This document shows, piece after piece, positions 42,263 to 51,354 of a DNA stretch of 64,000 nucleotides (positions are counted from its first letter, which is position 1; each line of letters starts with the position of its first letter). The notes under the pieces were generated by a model that saw only the letters and a program-made list of their open reading frames with translations, ran no database searches and was not told the DNA's origin. This DNA is from Nannocystales bacterium. GTDB taxonomy: Bacteria > Myxococcota_A > Polyangia > Nannocystales > Nannocystaceae. The DNA lies in the NCBI GenBank assembly GCA_050633305.1, contig JBOEGF010000004.1:1-64000 (forward strand). Reading direction: 5' to 3'. A program made the translations under genes and the position numbers.

Positions 42263-42304
42263 GATGTTGCTGCCTAGTGTCGGGTCAGTCGTGTTGGGGA
42301 AGAC

Positions 42305-43039
42305 TCAGGCGGAGGCCTGAAGGGGAGGAAAACGGGTCGGCGTGGCCGCTGCGCAGGCGGAGCATGCAGGGCGCGAGGCGGGTCGCAGGGACCGGACGCT
42401 GCTCCGGCCGATGTCGAACGCCGTCAACGTGCCGGTTGTTTCGGGATCCGCGTTGCCGCTGGCCAGCGCCAGCGCGAGGTTGGCCATCATGAATCCCGCC
42501 AGACCCACGGCAACGCCGAGGACGCCCGCGGTCGCACAGGTGGGGAGGTCTTCGGCCGGCGGCGGGGACTCGTAGATGCATCGGTAGCAAGCCTGCCCTC
42601 GAAGCACGGCGATGCACTGCCCGTGCAACCCAAGCGCGGCGCCGATGATGACTGGGGTCCCGTGGCGCAGTCCTGCGTCGTTGAGCGCAAACTTCAGCGG
42701 TGGAGCGTCGGTGCACTCCAACACGATGGAGTCCGCGGGCAGTCCGGCGACGAACGCATCTGCCTCGCCCGGCGCCACCGCACGCACTCGAGCGGCGGCT
42801 TTCAACGAAGGAACTCGGCGCGCCAGACTCCAGGCTGCGGCCTCGGCTTTTGGGCGGCCGACGTCCGCAAGCGCGTACAGGACCTGGCGCTGTAGATTCG
42901 ATGTTTCCACGCGATCCGGATCGATGATCGTGATCCGCTGGGCGCCGCCGGCACTGAGGCCCAGCAGCGCTGGACAGCCGAGGCCGCCCGCGCCTACGAC
43001 CACAAAGTGGGCCTGCGCGAGCTGGTCTTGAGCGGGCAT
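42305..43039 (-). CDS. ThiF/MoeB/HesA family E1-like adenylyltransferase (no rhodanese domain)
   Basis: GAGGLG, DRVETSNLQRQ, CYRC, catalytic PTCATAGVLG and C-terminal CSAC. Confidence 0.93.
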   Translation of the reverse strand: MPAQDQLAQAHFVVVGAGGLGCPALLGLSAGGAQRITIIDPDRVETSNLQRQVLYALADVGRPKAEAAAWSLARRVPSLKAAARVRAVAPGEADAFVAGLPADSIVLECTDAPPLKFALNDAGLRHGTPVIIGAALGLHGQCIAVLRGQACYRCIYESPPPAEDLPTCATAGVLGVAVGLAGFMMANLALALASGNADPETTGTLTAFDIGRSSVRSLRPASRPACSACAAATPTRFPPLQASA

Positions 43040-43069
43040 GGTGGAGAGGTGTTCGAGCTGCGGGCCGCT

Positions 43070-44089
43070 TTAGGGGATGGCGTCCAGCTCGCCCTGTTCC
43101 GTGAAGTAGGAATCGAGGCTGAAGTAGCGTTCGCCGGTGTCGCACAAGACGGTGACGACGTGCTTGCCTGGCCCCAGCTCCTCCGCGATCTTCCGGGCTG
43201 CGACGGCGGCAGCGCCCGCTGAGATGCCCACCAGCAGTCCTTCCTCGGTCGCGAGGCGCTGCTTCATCCGGTAGGCATCCTCGTCCTCGACCTGGACCAC
43301 TTCATCGACCACATCGAGGTTGAGCACGGGAGGGATGAACCCCGCACCGATCCCCTGAATCTTGTGCGGTCCGGGCTCGCCTCCGCTGAGAACCGGGGAG
43401 CGCGACGGCTCGACGCCGATGATTCGTACGTCGGGGTAGACCGCCTTGAGCGCGGCTCCCACGCCGCTGATCGTGCCGCCGGTGCCGATTGCGGAGACGA
43501 ACGCGTCGATGCCGGTCCCGCGCATCTGCTCGAGCAACTCGGGCCCGGTGCTGTCGAGGTGTTTCTGCGGGTTCGCAGGGTTCTCGAACTGCATCAACAT
43601 GACGTGGTCCGGCTTCCTGCAGAGCTCGCGTGCCTGCTCGACCGCGCCTTCCATGGTTCGGTCGTCGGGCGTGAGAACGATCGTCGCGCCGTAGGCCTTG
43701 AGCAGACTGCGCCGCTCCAGGCTCATGCTCTCGGGCATGGTCAGCAGCAGCTTGTAGCCCTTGACCGCGGCGACCAGGGCCAGCCCGATCCCAGTGTTGC
43801 CCGACGTGGGTTCGACGATCGTGGTCTTGCCAGGCGTGATGCGCCCCTCGGCTTCGGCCGCTTCGATCATCGCGAGCGCGACGCGGTCTTTAACCGAGCC
43901 GCCGGGGTTGAAGTACTCGCACTTGCCCCAGACGGTTGCGTGGGTCTCGGCGTTGCCGCAGACGCGATGGATCCTGCAGATCGGCGTGTTGCCGATCGTT
44001 GACAGGATATTTCCGTGCGTCTCAGGACGCCGGCCGGGGCGGTCCGCAGGCGTCATGCGGTGCGTGTTCGATACTGTGTCTTTGGACAT
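43070..44089 (-). CDS. cysK: cysteine synthase A
   Basis: NPGGSVKDR, EPTSGNTGIGLA, MPESMSLERR, QFENPAN, PHKIQGIGAGF and DTGERY. Confidence 0.95.
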   Translation of the reverse strand: MSKDTVSNTHRMTPADRPGRRPETHGNILSTIGNTPICRIHRVCGNAETHATVWGKCEYFNPGGSVKDRVALAMIEAAEAEGRITPGKTTIVEPTSGNTGIGLALVAAVKGYKLLLTMPESMSLERRSLLKAYGATIVLTPDDRTMEGAVEQARELCRKPDHVMLMQFENPANPQKHLDSTGPELLEQMRGTGIDAFVSAIGTGGTISGVGAALKAVYPDVRIIGVEPSRSPVLSGGEPGPHKIQGIGAGFIPPVLNLDVVDEVVQVEDEDAYRMKQRLATEEGLLVGISAGAAAVAARKIAEELGPGKHVVTVLCDTGERYFSLDSYFTEQGELDAIP

Positions 44090-44112
44090 CGGCGGGGTCC
44101 TTCCACAACAGA

Positions 44113-44526
44113 CTAGATCACGTAGTTGGCGGCGCTTCGCCGATGACGATCCTTGGCTTCACCGAGGAGGTCGGAGAGGCGCAGCGCACCGACGGCCGAT
44201 GCGAGTCGTTCGTCGACCGAGCGCTCGACCAGCGCGGTGATCTCGTCCTGCGGTCGCCCGGTTGGAGAGGCCGCGGTGGGACTGGCGAGCGCACCGAGGA
44301 CGTCGGACAACGCGATCTCCTCCGCGGGACGGGCGAGCCTATAACCACCCCGCGGACCGCGTTTTCCGATCACGAGGCCCGCTTTACGCAGCTCCCCGAT
44401 GATTTCTTCCAGATATCGCGAGGGAATCGTCTGCTGTTCAGCGATGACCTGTGCGGACGCATATCCACGGTTTGCAACGTGGACGAGTGCGCGGAGACCG
44501 TATCGAGCCTTGGTGGTGAGCTTCAT
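44113..44526 (-). CDS. Rrf2 family regulator, CymR-like (no Cys ligands)
   Basis: MKLTTKARYGLRAL, YLEEI..L..AGL, RGPRGGYRLARP. Contains no Cys and ends AANYVI. Confidence 0.9.
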   Translation of the reverse strand: MKLTTKARYGLRALVHVANRGYASAQVIAEQQTIPSRYLEEIIGELRKAGLVIGKRGPRGGYRLARPAEEIALSDVLGALASPTAASPTGRPQDEITALVERSVDERLASAVGALRLSDLLGEAKDRHRRSAANYVI

Positions 44527-44537
44527 TTGTCCGGCAA

Positions 44538-44559
44538 ACCTTGCGGAAAACCGTAGAAT
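44538..44559. promoter_or_regulatory. candidate Rrf2 operator
   Basis: ACCTTGCGG-AAAA-CCGTAGAAT imperfect dyad, 11 bp upstream of the Rrf2 ATG and overlapping a minus-strand TATTCT -10-like hexamer. Confidence 0.4.
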
Positions 44560-44685
44560 AGCCTGCCACAACTTGAGGGCCAGCGCCAGCGGACCGGGCA
44601 CGCGATGTCAGCGCGACATGTGCGAAGGCGCCCGCGGCCCCGCCTTGACACCGGGGGCGCCGCGGAGGAAGGGTCCCTCCCACGC

Positions 44686-45246
44686 ATGGACGTCTCGGAC
44701 CTGAAGAAGAACGCCAAGCTGGAGATCGACGGCACCCCGTGGGTGGTCACGGACTTCCAGTTCGTCAAGCCTGGCAAAGGGCAGGGCCTCTACAAGTGCA
44801 AGATCAAGAACATGCTCACCGGATCGGTCGTCGACCGTACGTACCGGTCGGGCGAGAAGCTGACCGCAGCGAACGTCGAGTCAAAGAAGATGCAGTACCT
44901 CTTCAGCTCGCCCGACGCGTTCACCTTCATGGACAATGAGACGTACGAGCAGATCGAGCTGTCACCCGACGTCGTCGGTGACGACAAGTACTTCCTGCTC
45001 GACAACATCCAGTGCGACGTCCTGCTCTACAACGAGCGTCCCGTCGGCGTCAGCTTGCCCAGCCACATCATCATGGAGATCACCGAGTGTGAGCCTGGCG
45101 TCAAAGGCGACACGGCGACCAACGTGACCAAGACGGCACAGGTCGAGACCGGCAAAGAGATCCAGGTCCCGCTGTTCATCAAGTTGGGCGAGCGCATCAA
45201 GATCGACACGCGCACCGGCGAGTACGTCGAGCGCGTCAACAAATAG
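44686..45246 (+). CDS. efp: elongation factor P (Lys-type PGKG loop)
   Basis: FVKPGKGQG, PGVKGDTA, VPLFI..GE.IKIDTRTGEYVER. Confidence 0.97.
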   Translation: MDVSDLKKNAKLEIDGTPWVVTDFQFVKPGKGQGLYKCKIKNMLTGSVVDRTYRSGEKLTAANVESKKMQYLFSSPDAFTFMDNETYEQIELSPDVVGDDKYFLLDNIQCDVLLYNERPVGVSLPSHIIMEITECEPGVKGDTATNVTKTAQVETGKEIQVPLFIKLGERIKIDTRTGEYVERVNK

Positions 45247-46217
45247 TGTCGCGCCCGTCGCTTTCGAACCGCGTGCAGGCCTGGGATCAGGCTCTGCAGG
45301 CGGTTCGTGCGTATTTCAGGGGGCAAGGGCTGCGCGAGGTGCTCACGCCCGTGCGCCTGCCCGAGGTCGCGATCGAGCCGTACATCGAGCCTGTCCGCGC
45401 AACGGGTGGCTTGCTCGCGACCTCCCCCGAGCTGCCGATGAAGCAGCTGTTGTCCGAAGGGGCCGGGGACATCTTCCAGGTTGCGCCGGTCTTCCGAGCG
45501 GCGGAGCAGGGGCGGCTGCACCGCGAGGGCTTCCACCTGATCGAGTGGTACCGATGCGGCGCCGACGAGCGGGAGGTCCGTGCCGATGTCGAGCGGCTGA
45601 TCGACGTGGTGTTCACCACTTTGGGTCGAGCGCCAGTCGACGGGTGGTCTTGCGTGGCGTTCCTCCCTCTCCTGGAGTCGACGACGTCGATTCGGCTCCG
45701 CGGCGACGAGAATGCCGACATGCTCGCCGCCGCCACCCCGGCGTCGTGGTGCGTCGCGCCTCCGGACACGATGCCCGCAGCTGCACGGGACCTCTTCGCA
45801 TGGAGCGCGCTGCTCACGTCGTGGTCGGATACGGCGCTGGACCCCTGGCTTGCCGAACAACCCGGCGGCGTGCATGTGCTCGACTATCCCGCGCCGTTGG
45901 CCGCGCTCGCGCAGCTTGGCCCCGCGCGCCTCGGCGGCGGAGTCGTCGCGCAGCGATTCGAGAGCTACATCGGCGGGGTCGAACTCTCCAACGGCTATCA
46001 CGAGTTGCGTGATGTCGCGGAGCAGCGAGCGCGATTCGAACGCGTCATCGCGCTGCGGGCGGGGCATGGTGAGCCCCCGCTGCCGATGCCCGAGCGCTTC
46101 CTTGCGGCATTGCAGGGACTTCCGCCATGCGCCGGCGCAGCGCTTGGTTTCGAGCGACTTCTGATGCTCGCGACCGGGTCCGATCGCCTCCGCGACATCT
46201 CGATCGAGCCCCTTTGA
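45246..46217 (+). CDS. epmA: EF-P beta-lysyl ligase (LysRS catalytic-domain paralog)
   Basis: TSPELPMKQLL, EWYR, RFESYIGGVELSNGYHEL and GLPPCAGAALGFERL. No anticodon-binding domain. Coupled to efp. Confidence 0.9.
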   Translation: MSRPSLSNRVQAWDQALQAVRAYFRGQGLREVLTPVRLPEVAIEPYIEPVRATGGLLATSPELPMKQLLSEGAGDIFQVAPVFRAAEQGRLHREGFHLIEWYRCGADEREVRADVERLIDVVFTTLGRAPVDGWSCVAFLPLLESTTSIRLRGDENADMLAAATPASWCVAPPDTMPAAARDLFAWSALLTSWSDTALDPWLAEQPGGVHVLDYPAPLAALAQLGPARLGGGVVAQRFESYIGGVELSNGYHELRDVAEQRARFERVIALRAGHGEPPLPMPERFLAALQGLPPCAGAALGFERLLMLATGSDRLRDISIEPL

Positions 46218-46421
46218 CGCGTCGGGATGTTGGGGCCCCGGTGGCGACACGACGCTCGATGGATGGCGAGCCGGCGCAGCGCTCGAAGCCGCGCCACACC
46301 GCCCGGGATGTCGCCCTGTCGCAAACGGTCCCGTTGTTGTTCAAGTGAAAGACCCACCGGAGTCCCCCGTTCGTGTGCATGACCCCAGGCGGCTGACCCG
46401 CCCGGGGAGAAAGGTACTCCG

Positions 46422-47234
46422 ATGTTTGATGTCTACATGGAGGGGCAGAGCGTCGATCCGCGCACCCGGGTGCGGATGATGATGGCGCTGGTCGCATCGC
46501 TGTCGGTGACGACGGTCGCAGGATCGATGGGTTGGGCCTCAGGACGGCTCTCGATTGGCACGGTGGGCCCCCCATCGTTCCCGACGTCCGAGTTGTCGCT
46601 GCACACGATGGCGCCCATGGTCCGAACCGACCCTCCGCCGCGACCCAAGGCGCCCAACACCGAGGTCACACCGAGCGCGGTTGCGGCCCGTACGTCGCCG
46701 AATCCGCGACGCGGGGAACCGAAGGCCGAGTCCAGTGACGGAGCACCGACCGAACAGGTCTCCAAGAGCCAGGTGGGCGCCGCGGATGGGGCCGAGGACG
46801 GAGTCTCTTCGATTCCAGGACCCCGAAGTCCAGGGTGTGTTGGGGTGGGGTGCGTTCCCAATGCTCCGATTGGGGATCCGCCTTGGACCGTCGACCGCGA
46901 AAAGAAGCAGGGGAAGCCGGACAAGGCTCGCGAGGCGCTCTCAGTCCTCAAGGCTCGCGGGATCTACACGCCGGACCCGCAGGCGGCCGCGTTGGCGAAG
47001 ACCAAGACAGGGCTCGGGAGTCGGGCACCGGGGACGGTCAAGGTGGAGTTCTGTGTGGGACCCAGTGGCAAGGTCTCGTCGGCCAAAGTCGCGCGTCGGT
47101 TCTCCGGAGACCGCGAGGTGGATCGGATCTGTCGGGCCGCGGTCGAAAAATGGCGGTTCAAGCCCGCGCGGGTCGGGGGCAAGGCCCGAACTACCTGCTC
47201 GGACGTCACGTTCCGGATCGAGTTCGACGGATGA
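46422..47234 (+). CDS. TonB-family energy transducer, paralog 1
   Basis: N-terminal TM, Pro-rich linker and TonB C-terminal domain (VKVEFCVGPSGKV..AVEKWRFKP). Confidence 0.8.
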   Translation: MFDVYMEGQSVDPRTRVRMMMALVASLSVTTVAGSMGWASGRLSIGTVGPPSFPTSELSLHTMAPMVRTDPPPRPKAPNTEVTPSAVAARTSPNPRRGEPKAESSDGAPTEQVSKSQVGAADGAEDGVSSIPGPRSPGCVGVGCVPNAPIGDPPWTVDREKKQGKPDKAREALSVLKARGIYTPDPQAAALAKTKTGLGSRAPGTVKVEFCVGPSGKVSSAKVARRFSGDREVDRICRAAVEKWRFKPARVGGKARTTCSDVTFRIEFDG

Positions 47235-47461
47235 AGTCCGACGCCGAACAACGCGGCTGTAAGGCCCCCGACGTGCTCGCGTTGGGCGGCGGACGTCGTT
47301 GTTCGGGTCGTCCCGTTCTCGGCACCCAGGAGCACAACTCCAGAGCTTCTCGCGCGATGCGCCGAGAGGCTGCACACAGTTCGCAAGCGCTCGCCATGCC
47401 TCAAAAACCCCAGACTCCTGTTGATTTCACCGGGGTATCTTGCTGTAGAGTGCCGTCTTAC

Positions 47462-48613
47462 ATGCGCCGGGTTTTTCACCGCAGTGGTTGGCTCGATAGC
47501 CCCGCGTGGATGTTGGGCATGGCCCTGTTCGCGGGCGTCTGCACCACCTCGTGCAAGCAGATCGAGTCCCGCGATCTCATTCGCGAGGGCAACATCGCCT
47601 ACAACGACGGACAGTACGCCGAGGCTATCGAGGCCTACACCAAGTCCATCGAAATCGAGGAAGACGGCGTCAAGGTCTTCTGGAACCGGGGCTGTGCCGC
47701 TCTGGCCGTCGTTCTGAAACTTCGGGGGAAGAGTGACCCCAAGCTGCTCGAGGAACGCAAGAAACACACGAATATGGCGTTGAAGGACTTCCACACGTGG
47801 CTCGACCGAGCCGCGAGCGAGGAAGCCTCGGACGTCGAGGCCGGGGAGCCTCTCGAGGGTGTTGACGGCAAAGAGGACGAGCGCACCAACGAGGAGCTTG
47901 TCGCCGACTACCGCCTCGTGTTGCTCAAGGCGGACGAGCGGTGCGACGACCTTCTCCAGTACTACATGGACCGGCACAAGGCCGAGCCGCGCAGCGAGGG
48001 CTGGTACATCAAGCTCGGCGCGCAGTTCGAGGAGTGCGGTCAGCCGGAGAAGCGTGTCGAGTGGATGAAAAAGCGCACCGACGACTTCCCGGACAGCACG
48101 GATGCGTGGATCTCGCTGGCAGCTGACGAATTTGCTCCGCTGTACGCGGAGGAGGGCACCGGTCTGCCCTACAACGAGTCGATCGCTGCGGACGAGCGCA
48201 TCAAGATCGCGAACCGAGTCATCGAGCTGGCTGACAAAGCCACGCTGGTCGACCCGCAGGCGCTGTCCCCGTACACATGGCGTTCGATGGCCTACACCCA
48301 GCGGCGGTTCGCACGGACGGTCATCGAGGGCGCGGAGCTGCCCGAGGAGCGCATCGAAGCGATCCTGGCTCGCGAGGACACGATGATGGCCTGGAAGAAC
48401 CAGAAGGCCAAATGTGACCTCGAGGGCACCAAAGAGTGTTCCGACCCGCTGACCGAGCAGGACATGGAGCAGGGCTGCTGCCCGCGCGCTCCTTTGACCG
48501 CAGCCGAGCAGGCCACGGACTCGGCCGACAAGAAAGCGATCATCGCCGAGATGGCTGCGGCTGACGCCGAGGCCGCCGCGCCCAAGAAGAAACGCCGCGG
48601 GAGGAAGAAGTAG
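47462..48613 (+). CDS. TPR lipoprotein
   Basis: Hydrophobic signal ending TTS-C, TPR (EGNIAYNDGQYAEAIEAYTKSI), basic C-terminus. Confidence 0.75.
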   Translation: MRRVFHRSGWLDSPAWMLGMALFAGVCTTSCKQIESRDLIREGNIAYNDGQYAEAIEAYTKSIEIEEDGVKVFWNRGCAALAVVLKLRGKSDPKLLEERKKHTNMALKDFHTWLDRAASEEASDVEAGEPLEGVDGKEDERTNEELVADYRLVLLKADERCDDLLQYYMDRHKAEPRSEGWYIKLGAQFEECGQPEKRVEWMKKRTDDFPDSTDAWISLAADEFAPLYAEEGTGLPYNESIAADERIKIANRVIELADKATLVDPQALSPYTWRSMAYTQRRFARTVIEGAELPEERIEAILAREDTMMAWKNQKAKCDLEGTKECSDPLTEQDMEQGCCPRAPLTAAEQATDSADKKAIIAEMAAADAEAAAPKKKRRGRKK

Positions 48614-49483
48614 ATGAGTTCGGTAGCAGCGACCCCCGACATGGCGCCCTCATCGGGCCGCCCGATGTTCGGCAACTACATCGACGTCCAGAGCGGCAAC
48701 CCGAAGTGGGTCCGCGCAATGATCGTGGCGGCGATCCTCTCGGTCATCACGACCATCTGCCTAATCTCGTTCATGTGGGTTGCTGGCAAGATGAGCATCA
48801 AACGCGTCGATCCGCCCACGCAGGTGCAGGGTCTGGTGCAGATGATGGTCGAAGAGGCGCCTCCGCCTCCGCCACCTCCACCACCTCCGCCACCCGCAGG
48901 TGGCGACGAGCCGGAAGAGGAAGTCGAGGAGGACATCCCCGAGGAAGAAATTCCGGTCGAGGAAGACATCGTCCAGCCCAAGGAGACGCCCGACAAGGTG
49001 CCGGATCCGACCAAGGCGAAGACCGGGAGTAAGGGACCGAAGATCCCAGGCGGCGTCCCCGGTGGCGTTCCAGGCGGCGTGCCCGGCGGTGTTGTCGGCG
49101 GTGTTGTCGGCGGCCAACTCGGCGGCGTGCCCGGCGGTGTTGCGGTCAAGCGCGACACGCAGAAGAAGGAAGCTGTCGCCAAGAAGCCGATCGCGGCGGT
49201 CAAGCAGAATGCGATTTACTCGCCCGACCCCGATGCTCGAAAGCTCGCGGGAGCCTCGTTGGGGGACAACCGTCCCGGCACTGGCAAAGTCTCCTTCTGT
49301 GTGAGCACCGGAGGCAAGGTTGTGGACGTGAAGTCCAAGCAGAAGTTCCGCAGCGGCGCCGCGCCCAAGGTCGACCAGATCCTTCGGGACACGGTGAAGA
49401 AATGGCGGTTCAAGCCCTTCATCGTGAACGGGAAGCCGCACAAGACCTGCTCCGTCGTCACGTTCAACCTCAAGTTCGGCTGA
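48614..49483 (+). CDS. tonB: TonB-family energy transducer, paralog 2
   Basis: TM, a run of 12 Pro, acidic linker, GGVP repeats and VKKWRFKP C-terminal domain. The true start may be ATG 48665. Confidence 0.85.
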   Translation: MSSVAATPDMAPSSGRPMFGNYIDVQSGNPKWVRAMIVAAILSVITTICLISFMWVAGKMSIKRVDPPTQVQGLVQMMVEEAPPPPPPPPPPPPAGGDEPEEEVEEDIPEEEIPVEEDIVQPKETPDKVPDPTKAKTGSKGPKIPGGVPGGVPGGVPGGVVGGVVGGQLGGVPGGVAVKRDTQKKEAVAKKPIAAVKQNAIYSPDPDARKLAGASLGDNRPGTGKVSFCVSTGGKVVDVKSKQKFRSGAAPKVDQILRDTVKKWRFKPFIVNGKPHKTCSVVTFNLKFG

Positions 49484-49598
49484 CCGAGCACTTCCCTAGT
49501 TTCTCGGAGGCCTCCGCTTCCGACCCAGATTCGACTCGCGTGGCCCGCAGGCCCGGTGAGTCCCCGTTCTCTCAGGCCACAGGACTACACAAACAATC

Positions 49599-50327
49599 AT
49601 GGAACACCTGACCCTTTTGATCGCCGAATCGGCCCCCGACTTCTCGCTAGAGGGCATGTGGGCGGAAATGGGAATCTTCGCGAAGCTCGTCCTCATCGGA
49701 CTGCTCGTGATGTTCCTGGTCGCGCTCGCGATCATCATTGAGCGCTGGGTCGCCTACGGCAAAGCCAAGCGCCAGTCGATCAACTACATCATGATGCTCC
49801 GCACCTACCTGCAGGAGCGCAAGATGCAGGAAGCCGTTGCCGCGGCCCAGCAGCACCCGGCCAGCCCGGTTGCGAAAGTGGTCGGCGCCGGTTTGCGCGA
49901 GTACCTCGAAGGGCTCGAGGCTCTCAGAGAGGAGGGGCCCGACGATGTCGGAGACTTCGACTTGGTCGACGCGGTCAACCGTCAGATGGAGCGCTCCAAA
50001 GAGCGCGAGACGGCGAACCTCAAGCGTGGCCTCACCTGGCTCGCAACGGTCGGCTCCACGGCACCGTTCGTCGGTCTGCTCGGGACGGTTGTCGGTATCA
50101 TCAACTCGTTCCAGGGTCTGTCCGGAGACGGCGGCGGTGGTCTGGGTGCGGTCTCCGGCGGTATTTCGGAGGCTCTCATCGCAACGGCTGTCGGCCTCCT
50201 GGTCGCCATCCCAGCCGTGATGCTCTTCAACGTGTTCAACGGGCGCGTTGAGGCATACCAGATCGACATGAACGACGTGGCCTCCGAGCTCATCGACTTC
50301 GTCCTCAAGGAAGGTCGTTACGGATGA
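49599..50327 (+). CDS. exbB: MotA/TolQ/ExbB proton channel
   Basis: LATVGSTAPFVGLLGTVVGI and GISEALIATAVGLLVAIPA. Confidence 0.92.
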   Translation: MEHLTLLIAESAPDFSLEGMWAEMGIFAKLVLIGLLVMFLVALAIIIERWVAYGKAKRQSINYIMMLRTYLQERKMQEAVAAAQQHPASPVAKVVGAGLREYLEGLEALREEGPDDVGDFDLVDAVNRQMERSKERETANLKRGLTWLATVGSTAPFVGLLGTVVGIINSFQGLSGDGGGGLGAVSGGISEALIATAVGLLVAIPAVMLFNVFNGRVEAYQIDMNDVASELIDFVLKEGRYG

Positions 50328-50818
50328 GTGGCGGCGGCGTCGGTAAGCGGTCGCGGCGGGTCCCCTACAAGTCCGACAAGGGGATTCACCACGAGGCCCC
50401 CAACAGCGACATCAACGTCACCCCGTTGGTCGACGTCTGCCTGGTGCTGCTGATTATCTTCATGGTGGTGACGCCGATGCTCGGCCGCGGCCGTGACGTC
50501 GTGTTGCCTGTCGCCGTGGCTGCGCAGGAGCACAAAGAAGGCGACCAAGTCTTCGTCTCGGTCGACGGCGAGGGCGCCTGGATCAACACCGACGTCTACG
50601 TCGACCGCGACGGCTTCCTCGAAGCCCTCAAGGATGAGGTCAAGGTTGCTGCCGGCAAGGCGGCCGCCAGTGGGTCGACCGGCCCGCTACTCTTCATCAA
50701 AGGCGACTCCGACACCGAGTATGGCCGGGTCCGCACCGTCATGGAGTGGATCAACAGCGACGAGATGACCGCACAGCCCGAGCTGGCGCTGGTCGTCGAC
50801 CTTTCCGTGGCCGAGTGA
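50324..50818 (+). CDS. exbD: ExbD/TolR family protein
   Basis: SDINVTPLVDVCLVLLIIFMV and KGD...YGRV. Confidence 0.9.
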   Translation: MSGGGVGKRSRRVPYKSDKGIHHEAPNSDINVTPLVDVCLVLLIIFMVVTPMLGRGRDVVLPVAVAAQEHKEGDQVFVSVDGEGAWINTDVYVDRDGFLEALKDEVKVAAGKAAASGSTGPLLFIKGDSDTEYGRVRTVMEWINSDEMTAQPELALVVDLSVAE

Positions 50819-50884
50819 GGGCGCCGACCGGCGTCTGAGCAGCCTACACCTTTCGAACGATCGAACTAAGAGGAGCAACCGACC

Positions 50885-51328
50885 ATGGGAATGTCAGCAG
50901 GCGGAGGTAAGGGCGGCGCAAACAGCGAGATCAACGTGACCCCGTTGGTCGATGTTTGCCTCGTGCTGCTCATCATCTTCATGGTGATGGTGCCGCGAAA
51001 CGTGCCTGAGCTTTCGGTGCGGATCCCGCCCGAGAGCAAGACGACCAAGCCCCCGAACCCCACGGACGAGAAGCCGCTGGTGATCGGGCTGTCCGAAGAT
51101 GGCGCGGTCACGCTCAACACCAAGCCGCTCAAGGAAGCTGCGCTGGGCAAAGAACTCGGGCGGCAGCTTGAGTCCCGCGACAAGAAAGCGGTGTTCGTCG
51201 ACTTCGAGGGCAAGGCCAAGTACGGCAAGGCCGTCGAGTTGGTCGACCTCGCACGTCGATCCGGTGCCGAGATCGTCGGCATCATGCGCGACAAGGACTA
51301 CAAGATGCCGGAGACACTCCGCCGCTAG
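50885..51328 (+). CDS. exbD: ExbD/TolR family protein (second copy)
   Basis: SEINVTPLVDVCLVLLIIFMV and YGKAVELVD. Confidence 0.9.
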   Translation: MGMSAGGGKGGANSEINVTPLVDVCLVLLIIFMVMVPRNVPELSVRIPPESKTTKPPNPTDEKPLVIGLSEDGAVTLNTKPLKEAALGKELGRQLESRDKKAVFVDFEGKAKYGKAVELVDLARRSGAEIVGIMRDKDYKMPETLRR

Positions 51329-51354
51329 GCGAGTGATTCACCCTTCCTGCAGAG

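Noticed and set aside
46218..46421. Possible riboswitch upstream of tonB paralog 1
   Set aside because: No cobalamin, c-di-GMP or TPP consensus elements could be matched by eye. An Rfam scan would settle it.
49599..51328. Calling the motor aglR/aglQ/aglS
   Set aside because: The ExbB sequence is the generic TAPFVGLLGTV type, it is linked to TonB genes, and orthology cannot be shown without phylogeny.
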